Shown here piece after piece: positions 37,455 through 50,317 of a DNA stretch of 64,000 nucleotides. Position 1 is the first letter of the stretch, and each line of letters starts with the position of its first letter. This DNA comes from Mobula hypostoma (taxonomy: Eukaryota), in NCBI RefSeq assembly GCF_963921235.1, contig NC_086098.1:4340001-4404000 (forward strand), in the 5' to 3' direction. The translations under genes and the position numbers were made by a program. The notes under the pieces are model-generated. The model made no database searches, had not been told where the DNA came from, and worked only from the letters and a program-made list of their open reading frames with translations.

Positions 37455-38149
37455 GAATGATCTGGCCACAATGGACCCAGCGGTCACGAATACCCTGCAA
37501 CAAGCCCTCACCAGCCAGGGGTCCCTACTGGGTCTGCACGATCAACTTCTCCGTGATGTCATGGAGAACCACCGTTCCCTGTCTGCTCACGTCACGCAGA
37601 TCGGTGACCAGGTGGACCGTGTATTCACTCATTTTACCCCATCCACTCCTGCAACCCTGTCTAACCAACCCAGACAGCCTGTAGTGGCAACCCCCTACGT
37701 GTCAGCAACGCCCCCGCCAAGAGAGCCGCACGTACCCGAACCAGAATACTATGCTGGGGATTTGGGGATGTGCCAGGGCTTCCTTCTTCAGTGCTCCTTG
37801 GTGTTTGAACAGCGGTCGTCCACGTACTCCACGGATAAGTCAAAGATTGCTTATATCATGGGGTTGTTGCGGGGAAGTGCATTAGTGTGGGCTACAGCTG
37901 TTCAGAATAATCAACTGGATATCTGCTCATCTTTCCCCACCTTTATCACAGAAATGAGAAAGATCTTTGACCACCCGTCCGTGGTAAAGACGCCGCTAAG
38001 AGTCTACTCACTCTCCGTCAGGGCTCACGCAGTGTTGCCGAATATTCCGTGGAGTTCCGGACGTTAGCGGCCGACTTGGGGTGGAATGATGAGGCACTCC
38101 GAGGGGTATTTCGGAATGGTCTCAACGACGTGGTGAAAGATGAGTTGGC

Positions 38150-41100
38150 AACAGGTGAGATTTAAGGATGGTGTGTGGCCTCCCTGGTGCCGAGATCCAG
38201 GATGTCACGGACCGAATGCAGGGAATCCTCAAGAGTGAAGGTGAACATCCGGAAGTGGTGGTGCATGTCGGCACAAATGACATGAGGAAGAAGAGGAAAG
38301 ACATTCTACAGCGTGACTTCAGAGAACTCGGAAGAAGGCTGAAAAGGGTTCCTGTATTGTGGAAGACATCCTGCCTCGTCCCTGTGCCGAAGATGCCGCG
38401 CCCCAGCGGCCTCAATGACTACAGACCGGTGGCATTGACCTCCCACATCATGAAGACCCTGGAGAGACTTGTTCTGGAGCTGCTCCGGCCTATGGTCAGG
38501 CCACACTTAGATCCCCTCCAGTTCACCTACCAACCCCGACTAGGAGTTGAGGATGCCATCGTCTTCCTGCTGAACCGTGTCTATGCCCACCTGGACAAGC
38601 CAGCGAGCACTGTGAGGGTCATGTTTTTTGACTTCTCCAGTGCGTTCAACACCATCCGCCCTGCTCTGCTGGGGGAGAAGCTGACAGCGATGCAGGTGGA
38701 TGCTTCCCTGGTGTCATAGATTCTTGATTACCTGACCAGCAGACCACAGTACGTGTGCTTGCAACACTGTGTGTCCGACAGAGCGATCAGCAGCACTGGG
38801 GCTCCACAGGGGACTGTCTTGTCTCCCTTTCTGTTCACCATTTACACCTCGGACTTCAACTACTGCACAGAGTCTTGTCATCTTCAGAAGTTTTCGGATG
38901 ACTCTGCCATAGTTGGATGCATCAGCAAGGGAGATGAGGCTGAGTACAGGGCTACAGTAGGAAACTTTGTCACATGGTGTGAGCAGAATTATCTGCAGCT
39001 TAATGTGAAAAAGACTAAGGAGCTGGTGGTAGACCTGAGGAGAGCTAAGGTACCGGTGACCCCTGTTTCAATCCAGGGGGTCAGTGTGGACATGGTGGAG
39101 GATTACAAATACCTGGGGATACGAATTGACAATAAACTGGACTGGTCAAAGAACACTGAGGCTGTCTACAAGAAGGATCAGAGCCGTCTCTATTTCCTGA
39201 GGAGACTGAGGTCCTTTAACATCTGCTGGACGGTGCTGAGGATGTTCTACGAGTCTGTGGTGGCCAGTGCTATCATGTTTGCTGTTGTGTGCTGGGGCAG
39301 CAGGCTGAGGGTGGCAGACACCAACAGAATCAACAAACTCATTTGTAAGGCCAGTGATGTTGTGGGGATGGAACTGGACTCTCTCACAGTGGTGTCTGAA
39401 AAGAGGATGCTGTCCAAGTTGCAGGCCACCTTGGTCAATGTCTCCCATCCACTACATAATGTACTGGGTGGGCACAGGAGTACATTCAGCCAGAGACTCA
39501 TTCCACCGAGATGCAGCACAGAGCGTCATAGGAAGTCATTCCTGCCTGTGGCCATCAAACTTTATAACTCCTCCCTTGGAGGGTCAGACACCCTGAGTCA
39601 ATAGGCTGGTCCTGGACTTATTTCACAATTTACCGGCATAATTTACATATTACTATTTAACTATTTATGGTTCTATTACTATTTATTAATTATGGAGCAA
39701 CTGTAACAAAAACCAGTTTCCCCCGGGATTAACAAAGTATGACTATGACTATGACTATGACTAAAAGCAGGACATCCAGGGTGATTATCTCCGGTTTGCT
39801 TCCAGTTCCTCGTGCTGGAGTGGTCAAGAACAGGGAGATAATGGATCTGAATGTGTGGCTGAGGAACTGGTGCAGGAAGCAAGGATTTACATTTTTGGAC
39901 CACTGGGGTATGTTTCGGGGTAAGGATGAATTGTACAAAAGGGACGGGTTGCACCTTAGTAAGTGGGGCACCAGCATTCTGGCAGGCAGGTTTGCCTCTG
40001 CAACACGGGTGTGTTTAAACTAAGTAGTGGGGAGGAGGGGATGAACTGGAGACATAAGGATGGAGATAAAGGGAAAGTGAGAATAAGAAAAGTTCAGAAA
40101 GACAGCAGAATCAACAGAGCAGAAAGCTCAAGAAGGGATCGTACAGTATGGCCAAGTGAAATAGGAATGGATATGGGAGGTGAGGGGAGTAATGAATTAA
40201 AAGTATTCTATATGAATGCACGGAGTATAAGAAATAAAGTGGATGAACTTGAGGCTCAGTTGGAAATTGGTAAGTATGATGTTGTGGGAATAACAGAGAC
40301 ATGGCTTCAAGTGGACAGGGCCTGGGAAATGAATATTCACGGGTATACGTCCTATCGAAAGGACAGACTGATGGGCAGAGGGGGTGGGGTGCCTCTGTTG
40401 GTGAGGAATGATATTCAGTCCCTTGCGAGGGGGGACATAGAATCAGGAGACGTAGAGTTAGTATGGATAGAACTGAGAAATTCTAAGGGTAGAAAGACCC
40501 TAATGGGAGTTGTCTACAAGCCCCAAACAGTAGTCTGGATGTAGGGTGTAAGTTGAATCAAGAGTTAAAATTGGCATGTCGCAAAGGTAATGCTACAGTT
40601 GTTATGGGGGACTTCAACATGCAGGTAGACTAGAGGAATCAGGTTGGTCCCCAACCTGGACCCCAAGAAAGGGAGTTTGTGGAGTCCCTCCGAGATGGAT
40701 TCTTAGAACAGCTTGTACTGGAGCCTACCAGAGAGAATGCAATTCTAGATTAGTGTTGTGCAATGAACCGGATTTGATCAGGGACCTCGAGGTAAAGGAG
40801 CCATTAGGAGGTAGTATCCATAATATGATAAGTTTTAATCTACAATTTGAGAGGGAGAAAGGAAACTTGGAAGTGTCAGTATTACAGTTGAACAAAGGGA
40901 ACTATGGTGCTATGAGGGAGGAGCTGGCCAAAGTTCAATGGAACAATAAACTAGCAGGGATGACAGTGGAACAGCAATGGCAAGTGTTTCTGGGAATAAT
41001 GCAGAAGGTGCAGGATCAGTTCGTTCCAAAGAGGAAGAAAGATCCTAAGGGGAGTAAGGGGAGGCCATGGCTGACAAGGGAAGTAAAAGACAGTATAAAA

Positions 41101-43066
41101 ATAAAAGAGAAGAAGTATGACATAGCAAAGACGAATGGGAAGCTGGAGGATTGGGAAAATTTTAAAGAGCAACAGAAGGTAACTAAAAAGGCAATACGCA
41201 GAGAGAAAATGAGGTACGAAGGTAAACTAGCCAAGAATATAAAGGAAGATAGTAAAAGCTTCTTTAGGTGTGTGAAAAGGAAAAAAATAGTTAAGACCAA
41301 AATTGGGCCCTTGAAGACAGAAACAGGTGAATTTATTATGGGGAACAAGGAAATGGCAGACGAGTTGAACAGGTACTTTGGATCTGTCTTCACTAGGGAA
41401 GACACAAACAATCTCCCAGATATAATATTGGCCAAAGGACCTAGGGTAATGGATGGACTGAAGGAAATTTATATTAGGCAGGAAATGGTGTTGGATAGAC
41501 TGTTGGGTCTGATGGTCTGCATCCCAGGGCACTTAAGGAGGTGGCTTTAGAAATCGTGAACGCATTGGTAATCATTTTCCAATGTTCTATAGATTCAGCA
41601 TCAGTTCCTGTGGATTGGAGGGTGGCTAATGTTGTCCCTCTCTTCAAGAAGGAAGGAAGAGAGAAAACAGGGAATTATAGACTGGGTAGCCTGACGTCAG
41701 TGGTGGGAAAGATGCTGGAGTCAATTATAAAAGATGAAATTACGACACATCTGTATAGCAGTAACAGGATAGGTCTGAGTCAGCATGGATTTACGAAGGG
41801 GAAATCGTGCTTGACTAATCTTCTAGAATTTTTTGAGGATGTAACTATGAAAATGGACAAGGGAGAGCCAGTGGATGTAGTGTACCTGGACTTTCAGAAA
41901 GCCTTTGATAAAGTCCCACATAGGAGATTAGTGGGCAAAATTAGGGCACATGGTATTGGGGGCAGAGTACTGACATGGATTGAAAATTGGCTGGCTGACA
42001 GAAAACAAAGAGCAGCGATTAACGGGTCCCTTTCGGAATGGCAGGCGGTGACCAGTGGGGTACCGCAGGGTTCAGTGCTGGGACCGCAGCTGTTTACAAT
42101 ATATATTAATGATTTAGATGAGGGAATTAAAAGTAACATTAGCAAATTTGTTGATGACACAAAGCTGGCTGGCAGTGTGAAATGTGAGGAGGATGTTATG
42201 AGAATGCAGGGTGACTTGGACAGGCTGGGTGAGAGGGAAGATGCATGGCAGATGCAGTTTAATGTGGATAAATGTGAGGTTATCCACTTTGGTGATAAGA
42301 ACAGGAAGGCAGATTATTATCTAAATGGAGTCAAGATAGGAAAAGCGAAGCACAACGAGATCTAGGTGTTCTTGTACATCAGTCACTGAAAGCAAGTATG
42401 CAAGTACAGCAGGCAGTGATGAAAGCTAATGGAATGCTGGCCTTCATAACAAGGGGAATTGAGTATAAGAGCAAAGAGATCCTTCTGCAGCTGTACAGGG
42501 CCCTGGTGAGACCACACCTGGAGTACTGTGTGCAGTTTTGGTCTTCAAATTTGAGGAAGGACATTCTTGCTATTGAGGGAGTGCAGCGTAGGTTCACAAG
42601 GTTAATCCCGGGATGGCGGGACTGTCATATGTCGAAAGATTGGAGCAACTGGGCTTGTATACTCTGGAATTTAGAAGGCTGAGAGAGGATCTTATTGAAA
42701 CATATAAGATTATTAAGGGATTGGACACGCTGGAGGCAGGGAGCATGTTCCCGCTGATGGGTGAGTCCAGAACCAGAGGCCACAGTTTAAGAATAAGGGG
42801 TAGGCCATTTAGAACGGAGTTGAGGAAAAACTTTTTCACCCAGAGAGTGGTGAATATGTGGAATGCTCTGCCCCAGAAGGCTGTGGAGGCCAAGTCTCTG
42901 GATGTTTTCAAGAAAGAGATAGATAGAGCTCTTAAAGATAGTGGAATCAAAGGTAATGGGGATAAGGCAGGAACTGGATACTGATTGTGGATGATCAGCC
43001 ATGATCACAGTGAATGGCGGTGCTGGCTTGAAGGTCCGAATGGCCTACTCCTGCACCTATTGTCTA
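38150..43066 (+). mobile_element. 5'-truncated CR1 LINE (ORF1 esterase and ORF2 EN-RT) inserted in Gypsy gag
   Basis: ORF1 motifs VHVGTND and DGLHL. EN motifs YMNARSIRNK and GITETWL. RT ORF at 41541-42365. Tail ctattgtctatt. ttggc on both sides (38145-38149 and 43067-43071). Confidence 0.93.
38347..39762 (+). mobile_element. 5'-truncated young Rex1/Babar LINE inserted in CR1 ORF1
   Basis: Motifs LNDYRPVALTS, FFDFSSAFNTI, GAPQGTVLSP and FSDD. The only lesion seen is a stop at 38717-38719. Tail (tatgac)n. TSD aaaag at 38342-38346 and 39763-39767. Confidence 0.93.
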
Positions 43067-43399
43067 TTGGCGGCAAGAGACGACACCGACAGCCTGGATT
43101 CGCTGATCTCCCTCGCCACCAGGTTGGACAGTCGCCTCCATGAACGCTATAGAGAGAGAACTGGTCGTCCACCACCTTTGGCCAGTCCTCCGCACTCATT
43201 ACCGCCTCCCACCAGCCCAAGCCTCTCTTCTCCTCCTGCTCCTAGAATAGCTCCCAGCCCGGCAGTTTCCACTGCCCCGGGAGAGGAACCCATGAAGCTG
43301 GGACTGAACCGTCTTTCTCCCACAGAGCGACTCCGGAGATTGAGAGCGGGGAGTGTCTCTATTGCGGCCAGTCCGGCCACTTCCATGCTATCTGTCCAC

Positions 43400-46300
43400 T
43401 TCGGCCAAAAGGGAGCGCTCACCAGTAGAAAGGGGGACCCTGGTGAGCCAGACAACATTCCCTTCCATCCCCCGAACCCGGATGCACATCCAAGCTACTT
43501 TACGTTACAACCAACAGTCCCTGCCTCTGTCAGCTCGAGTGGACTCCGGCGCTGAGGGAGACCTTCTGGATGAAGACATAGCTTCCCGGGCCGGAATTCC
43601 TCGGGAGCCATTGAGTACCCTTCTGGAAGCCGGGGCACTGGACGGTAGACTTCTGGCTCGATTCACACACTGCACACCACACCTGTCTCTTATTCTCTCT
43701 GGGAACCATTGGGAACAGGTACAATTTAACCTAATTTCCTCTCCTCAAGCTCCAATAGTTCTTGGGTACCCCTGGTTAAGCCGCCATAATCCCCACATTG
43801 ACTGGTCCACCGGGAAGATAGTCAGCTGGAGTCCGTTCTATCACTCCACTTGTCGACAATCAGCCCTTTCCCCTGTGAAAGTCACCACGACCTCGTCTTC
43901 CTCTGAAACCCCCGACTTATCCAAGTTTCCAGTAGAGTATCATGATCTGGGAGAAGTGTTTAGCAAACACTGCCTCCACACTGCCCTTACGATTGGGCAA
44001 TTGACCTTCTCCCCGGAGCCCCTCTACCCACCAGTCAGCTGCATAACTTCTCCCGGGCAGAAAGGGAAGCAGTGGAGGCCTACGTTAATGACTCTCTCAC
44101 GGATGGCATTATCCGACTCTCATCTTCCCCCGTAGGCGCAGGTTTCTTCTTTGTGGGGAAGAAAGACGGCTCACTGCACCCCTGCATTGACTATCGTGGC
44201 CTGAATAACATCACCATGAAGAATAAGTATCCACTGCCCCTCATCAACTCTGCTTTCGAGCCCCTTCACGGAGCCACCATTTTCTCTAAGTTGGACCTAC
44301 GAAGTGCCTACTGCCTGGTCAGGATAAGGGAGGGAGATGAGTGGTAAACAGCTTTTAACACCCCTCGTGGTCACTTCGAATACCCGGTCATGTCATTCGG
44401 TCTCACCAATGCCCCCGCCATCTTCCAAACTCTGATAAACGATGTCCTTAGGGATTTTATTAACCGTTTCATTTTTGTTTATTTGGATGACATCTTAATC
44501 TTCTCCCGTAGTCTTCAGGAACACACCCACCACGTCCGTCAGGTTCTTCAGAGGCTTTGGGAGAACAAATTATTCGTGAAGGTTGAGAAGTGCGAGTTCC
44601 ATGTCCATTCTGTCAGTTTCCTGAGGTACATCATTGAGAGCGGACAGGTGAGGGCGGATCCTGAAAAGATCGGGGCGGTGGCGGAGTGGTCAAAGCCCAC
44701 GATGCTCGAACAACTCCAGTGATTTCTGGGGTTCGCAAACTTCTATTGTCGCTTCATCAGGGATTACAGCCGGGTTGGAGCGCCCCTTACTCGACTCACC
44801 TCTCCTGCAACCTTGTTTCAATGGACCCCCAAAGCGGACCCAGCCTTCTTGGAGCTGAAGAGGTGTTTCACCTCCGCTCCCATCCTGGTCCAACCTGACC
44901 CCTCTCACCAATTCAATGTGGAAGTCGATGCCTCCGACTCTGGGGTGGGAGCGGTCCTCTCCCAACGCTCTGTCCCAGACCAAAAGCTCCATCCCTGCGC
45001 CTTCTTCTCTCACCGGCTGTTCCCCACCGAACGTAACTACGACGTTGGGAACCGGGAGTTGCTGGCTGTCAAACTGGCGTTGGAGGAGTGGAGGTACTGG
45101 CTGGAGGGACCGGAACATCCATTCATCGTCTGGACTGATCAGAAAAATCTCACATACATCCACACTGTCAAACGCCCGAATTCCCACCAAGTCCGTTGGG
45201 CATTATTTTTTGGCCGTTTCAGATTCACACTTACCTATCATCTGGGGTCTAAGAATGGGAAGCCAGATGCTCTCTCTCGTCAATACATTTCCAAGGAGGG
45301 CCTTCCCAACCCCGAAAAACATCCTCCCAGGATCCTGTGTAGTGGCTGCCCTCACCTGGGAGATCGAATCCATAGTCAAAGAGGCCCAATGGACTCAACC
45401 TGACCCAGGCAGTGGACCCCCCCAATCGCCTTTTCGTGCCTGACTCTGTTCGTTCTCAGGTTCTCCAGTGGGGGTAAACTTCTCTCTTCGCCTGCCATCC
45501 CGGAATCGATCAAACTCTGTCCCTTCTGAAGAGACATTTCTGGTGGCCCTTCATGGATGCTGACACCCGTTCCTTCGCCTCTGCCTGTACTGTGTGTGCC
45601 CGCGGACGTTACAAGGAGGCGGCTGGAGCGACTGGGAGCAGACCCAAGTGCAGGACACAGACACAGAGGTAGATTAACAGAGGTGTATTTATAGAGAGTT
45701 AGTAAGAAGGCCAGGGAGTGAGGATAAAAAGCCAACATGGAAATGAACATTGGATAACAAACCAGAAGAACCTTGACTTGGGCTCGGAACTCAGAGCCTT
45801 GGGACTTGGGCTCAGGACTCGGAATGACAAAACAATGACAGTCCATTCGGGTAGTGGCAAACGGCCTGCCTACTCAGCTGGATACGAGATGAACCAAATC
45901 CACAAAGCAACCCCAGGCACTGGAGCCACTTCGAGTCCACAATGAACGGGGAGCCGAATCGGGCACAACTGCACTTGCTGAGGTGATGGTCCAGCCCCGA
46001 GTAGCTGTCAGCCAGAGCTTTCTGCTGCCGGCTCAGATGGGAAATAGATGCCTGAATCAAGGCACCCAATCGACCATGGGGAAAAGGAAATAACTGGAAT
46101 GAGGAGTCAACGGACCGGACCGTGACAGCGGAAAAGCCTCCCACCAACCACCTGCTGGGTTGCTCCGTCCCTACCTGTACCTAGCCACCCTTGGTCTCAC
46201 ATTGCGCTGGATTTAGTCACTGAACTACCCCCTTCAGATAGGAACACTGCCGAACTCACTGTGGTGGACCGCTTCTCCAAAGCTGTGCATTTCGTAGCCC

Positions 46301-47110
46301 TTCCCAGAGACAGCCAACCTCCTTGTACATCACGTCTTCCACCTTCATGGAATTCCCTCTAATGTTATTTCCGACCGGGGTCCCCAGTTCATCTCTCAAG
46401 AGATCCTTCTGTCAAGCCCTTGGAGCCTCAGTAAGTCTCTCTTCCAGTTTCCATCCACAGACTAACGGTCAAACAGAACGAGCAAACCAGGATTTGGAAG
46501 CAGCACTGCGGTGCATAATCGCCAATGACCCGTCATCTTGGAGCACCCATCTCGTTTGGGTGGAGTACGCCCACAACTCTCTGGTCAGCACCGCCACCGG
46601 AATGTCTCCCTTCGAATGCTCCCTCGGTTACCAACCCCCTCTGTTTCCCGCACACGAAGATGACATTGCTGTGCCTTCTGTTCAGGCCTATCTCTGCTGG
46701 TGCCGCAAGGTCTGGAAGGATGCTCGCGCGGCCCTGCTCTGCTCAGCTGACCGCAACCGGAGGATTGCCGATCGCCATCGAATTCCTGCACCAAATTATC
46801 GGCCTGGGCAGGAGGTTTGACTCTCGTTAAAAGACATCCCCCTCAAGAATGAACCCAAGAAACTCGCCCCTCACTACCTGGGACCATTAGCGATTGAGAG
46901 CGTCATCAACCCCTCGGTGGTCAGACTCAAACTGCCCAGATCCATGTGCATTCATCCCATGTTCCAAGTCTCCCAATTGAAACCTGTATCTGTCAGCAGG
47001 GGCCTCCAGTAGCTGGTCGATAGGGAGCGATACAACCCGGAGGAACGTTCCTGGATTCCCCGCTCCTTCATCCTGGACCCTTCCCTCCTCCATGATTTCC
47101 ATTGAGACAA
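43400..47110 (+). pseudogene. pol: Gypsy pol (protease, RT, RNase H, integrase, chromodomain), disrupted
   Basis: Motifs VDSGA (PR); [16 protein letters not shown] and YLDDILI (RT); VDASD and ELLAV (RNase H); CTVCA and [10 protein letters not shown] (IN); LVD...PEERSWIP...ILDPSLL (chromodomain, ~46995-47105). Confidence 0.92.
45607..46127 (-). mobile_element. Solo LTR (521 bp) of a related Gypsy family inserted antisense in integrase
   Basis: Perfect TSD gcgga at 45602-45606 and 46128-46132. The minus strand begins tgtcacggtcc and shares ctgtgtcctgcacttgggt with the host LTR. Confidence 0.9.
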
Positions 47111-47160
47111 TCTGGACAAGCCTGGTGGTTCACCTGGAGGCTCGCGTTGGGAGGAGATAT

Positions 47161-47565
47161 TGTCATGGTCGCGATCGTTAATTCCCTATCTTTCTCCTAA
47201 TTTCCTTTGGTTGTGCCACGGTTCCGACCATTAATTTCCCACTTGCTTCTAATTCTCTCTCATGATGGCACACCTGGTTTCCATCAATACCTGCAGCATA
47301 AGAACCCTGGTATTACAACCACTAGTCACCAGATTGTTGATTTTGTCTGTGTGGTAATTAATTTTTCCCGGCCGCTTAGGACTGTGTGCTCTAAGTTTTG
47401 CTCCAGTTTCAAAGTTAACCTATGAAACTCCGTCTCTCTGTGTCAAGGCTCCGTGTCAAGATCCCCCCTGTCTGCTGTTCAACGTTCACGTTCACGTAAG
47501 CATCTTAACTCAATCTCCATGCCTGTGTCCTGCACTTGGGTTCGTTTCATTCGCTCAGTGCAATA
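47161..47565 (+). repeat. 3' LTR (405 bp)
   Basis: Direct repeat of 37065-37454, roughly 10% mismatched by eye. Confidence 0.95.
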
Positions 47566-47934
47566 CATTGAGTCATAAGCACAAGAAATTGTGCAGATGC
47601 TAGAAATCCAGAGTAACACACATACATTGCTGGAGGAACTCAGCTGGTCAGGCAGCATCTATGGAAGGGAATAAACAGTTGGCATTTTGGGCTGAGACAC
47701 TTCACTTTGCCCTAAGTGTAAGCCACACGTCTGCGCTCCTCGCATTCCCCACCCCATCACTGCCACACATCTCTATAGTAGCTGAAAATGCTACACTCGT
47801 ACCTCCATTCGAAAGGGAAGTTGGGCAGAATCAGATTTATCAGCACTAATATATGTGAGAAAATTGTAGCTTTGTAGCATCAGTATTCCGCAAGACGTAA
47901 GAATCACTATTAAGTGGCAATAAGAAATAAAGGA

Positions 47935-48595
47935 CCATAAGACATAGGAACAGAATTAGGCCATTCGGTCCATTGACTCTGCTCTGCCATTCCATCACGG
48001 CTGATTTCTTGTCCCACTCAACTCCATTCTCCTGCCTTCTCCCCGTAACCTTTGATGCCTTGATTAGTTAAGGACCTATCAACCTCCACTTTAAATATAT
48101 CCAAATACTTGGCCTGTACAGCCATCTGTGGCAATGAATTCTACAGATTCATCACCCTCTGGGTAAAGAAATTCCTCCTCATCTCCATTCCAAAATACGT
48201 CCTTCTATTCTGAGGCTGTCTCCTCTGGTCCTTCTAATCTGAGGCTGTGTCTTCTGGTCCTTGACTCCCCCACCGTAGGAAATGCTCTCTCCACATCCAC
48301 TCTATCCAGGCCATTCAATATTCACCAGGTTACAATGAGATTGCCCCTCATTCTTCTGAACTCCAACAAGTACAGACCCAGAGGCATCATACGCCCCTCA
48401 TATGTTAACACTTCCATTGCCGGGATCATTCTTGTGAACCTCCTCTGGATTTTCTCCAACGCCAACATACTCCTCTTAGATAAGAGTCCCGAAACTGCTC
48501 ACAATTCGCCAAGTGCAGTCTGACCAACGACTTATAAAACTTCAGCATTGCTTTTATATTCTGGTCCTCTCAGATCGAGTGCTAACGTTGCATTT
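47935..48595 (-). mobile_element. CR1 3' fragment
   Basis: Reverse complement of the CR1 RT C-terminus and 3' UTR (accataagacatagg tail). Confidence 0.8.
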
Positions 48596-50317
48596 GGACT
48601 GTTTAATTGGAGTATTTGACCGTTTAACTAACCATTTATTTAATACATACTAGCCAATCATGGCCACCTAAAAGATTTGCTGTTTAACAAGGTGATACTG
48701 AATGAGAGAGAGCCACTTTCAGTTTGCAATCAAAATCAGTAATTATTCTTGTTTAATATCCTGCATCTTTAAAATGTTTGAAATGATAAGAGGTGTAGAT
48801 CTGTGGATGGACAGCACCTTTTTCCCAGGGTGGAAATGGCTAACATGAGGAATTGTAATTTAGAGGAGATTGGAAGAAGTACGAGGGGATATCAGAGATA
48901 TTACTTATTACTCAATGGTGTTGTGTCTGTGAGTTATGTGTACCGTGTTGTGCATAGTGGTCCAGAGGAACATTGTTTTGTTAGGCGGTACACATATTAG
49001 ATTAGGAAGACACGCAGTCCTCTTTTATTGTCATTTAGTAATGCAGGCATTAAGAAATGATACAATATAATACAATATACAATATATGTACATGTATACA
49101 TATATCAACATTCAAGTTCATGTCATAGTCATAGAAAAGTATGGCACAAAGAGGCCTCTCAGCCCATCTAGTCCATGTCAAATCATTTAAACTGTCTCTT
49201 CCCATTGACCTGTGCCCAGACCATTGCCCTCCATGTACCTATCCAAACTTCTCATAAATGTTGAAATTGAGCATGCTTGCACCATGTGCTCTGGCAGCTC
49301 GTTCCACACTCTCACCACCCTCTGAGTGAAGAATTTCCTCTCTTGTTCCCCTTAAACTTTTCACCTTTCACCCTGCTCCCATGACCTTTGGTTCTAGTCC
49401 CACCCAAACTCAGTGGAAAAAGCTGCTTGAGTTTACCATACCAAAACCCTAATAACTGTATATCAAATCTCCCCTCGGTCTTCTATGTTCAAAGCAATGA
49501 AGTTCTAACCTGCTGAATCTTTCCGTATGACCCAGGTCCTCCAGTCCTGTAGACTGTATATGTAATGACAATAAATGTAATCTTGAACTTGAGGTGAAGT
49601 TTTTCACAGAGAGTGACAGGTGTATGCAATACTCTGCAGAGGTGCTGGTTGAGGCAGATTCTATGCATGAAAGACATTTAAGTGACCCTGAGCTAACCAT
49701 ACAGATGAAAGAAAAGTGAAGTGCTATGAGGGAGGGAAGGGTCTGATTAATTTTGGAGTAGGTGAAAACGCCATTACACCCCGAGGCATCGAAGTTCTGA
49801 ATTCAACCCTGTCGTCCTGAGTAAGGAGCTGGTATGTCCTCCCTGTGGAATGTGTGGGTTTCCTCTGGGGTGCTCTGGTTTCCTCCTACAGCCCAAGGAC
49901 AAACTGGTGGGTTAATTGGTCATTGTAAGTTGTCTTGACATTAGGCTAGCATTAAATTGGGGTTTGCTGGCTGCCTGGCTTGAAGGTCCAGAAGGTCTAT
50001 TCCACACTGTATAAAAGTTCGGTGCAACATCATACGCTGAAAGACCTGTACTGTTCTATGTTCTCCATTCCTCACTATTTGAAGGAATAAGTTTTATTTT
50101 CAATTTTATAAAAGTTAGGTAGGTGTTTGACTATTGTGCAGCTTAATGTAAGATGCTTCAGTACCCTTTCTGCTTTACTACTTCTTCAGTAAGAATAGAT
50201 TATTTTCCATTTCATGATCCAGTGAACTATTTCTCCTCCTGCATTGTTATAGCCCCTGAAGCATCGTTTGAAATATCAGTGACCAACTAGTGAAGATAGT
50301 GAGCTACCAGAGCATTT

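Larger units (their letters stand above)
37471..43428 (+). pseudogene. gag: Gypsy gag (sushi/PEG10-RTL-like capsid and CCHC knuckle), split by CR1 at 38150-43066 and frameshifted
   Basis: Reads MDPAVT...PEPEYYAGD...FLLQC...[19 protein letters not shown]...KDELA, resumes ARDDTDSLDSLISLATRLD, and ends CLYCGQSGHFHAIC...HQ-stop (TAG 43426-43428). Confidence 0.9.
37065..47565 (+). mobile_element. Full-length decayed Ty3/Gypsy chromovirus (Tf1/sushi group) with nested insertions
   Basis: Two TG-initiated LTRs. TSD catag (37060-37064) / cattg (47566-47570). Domain order gag, PR, RT, RNase H, IN, chromodomain. PPT gggaggaga just before the 3' LTR. Confidence 0.95.

Noticed and set aside
37342..38067. 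Domesticated PEG10/RTL1-like host gene
   Set aside because: It is flanked by LTRs with a TSD, frameshifted near 37980 and interrupted by CR1, so it is a dead retrotransposon.
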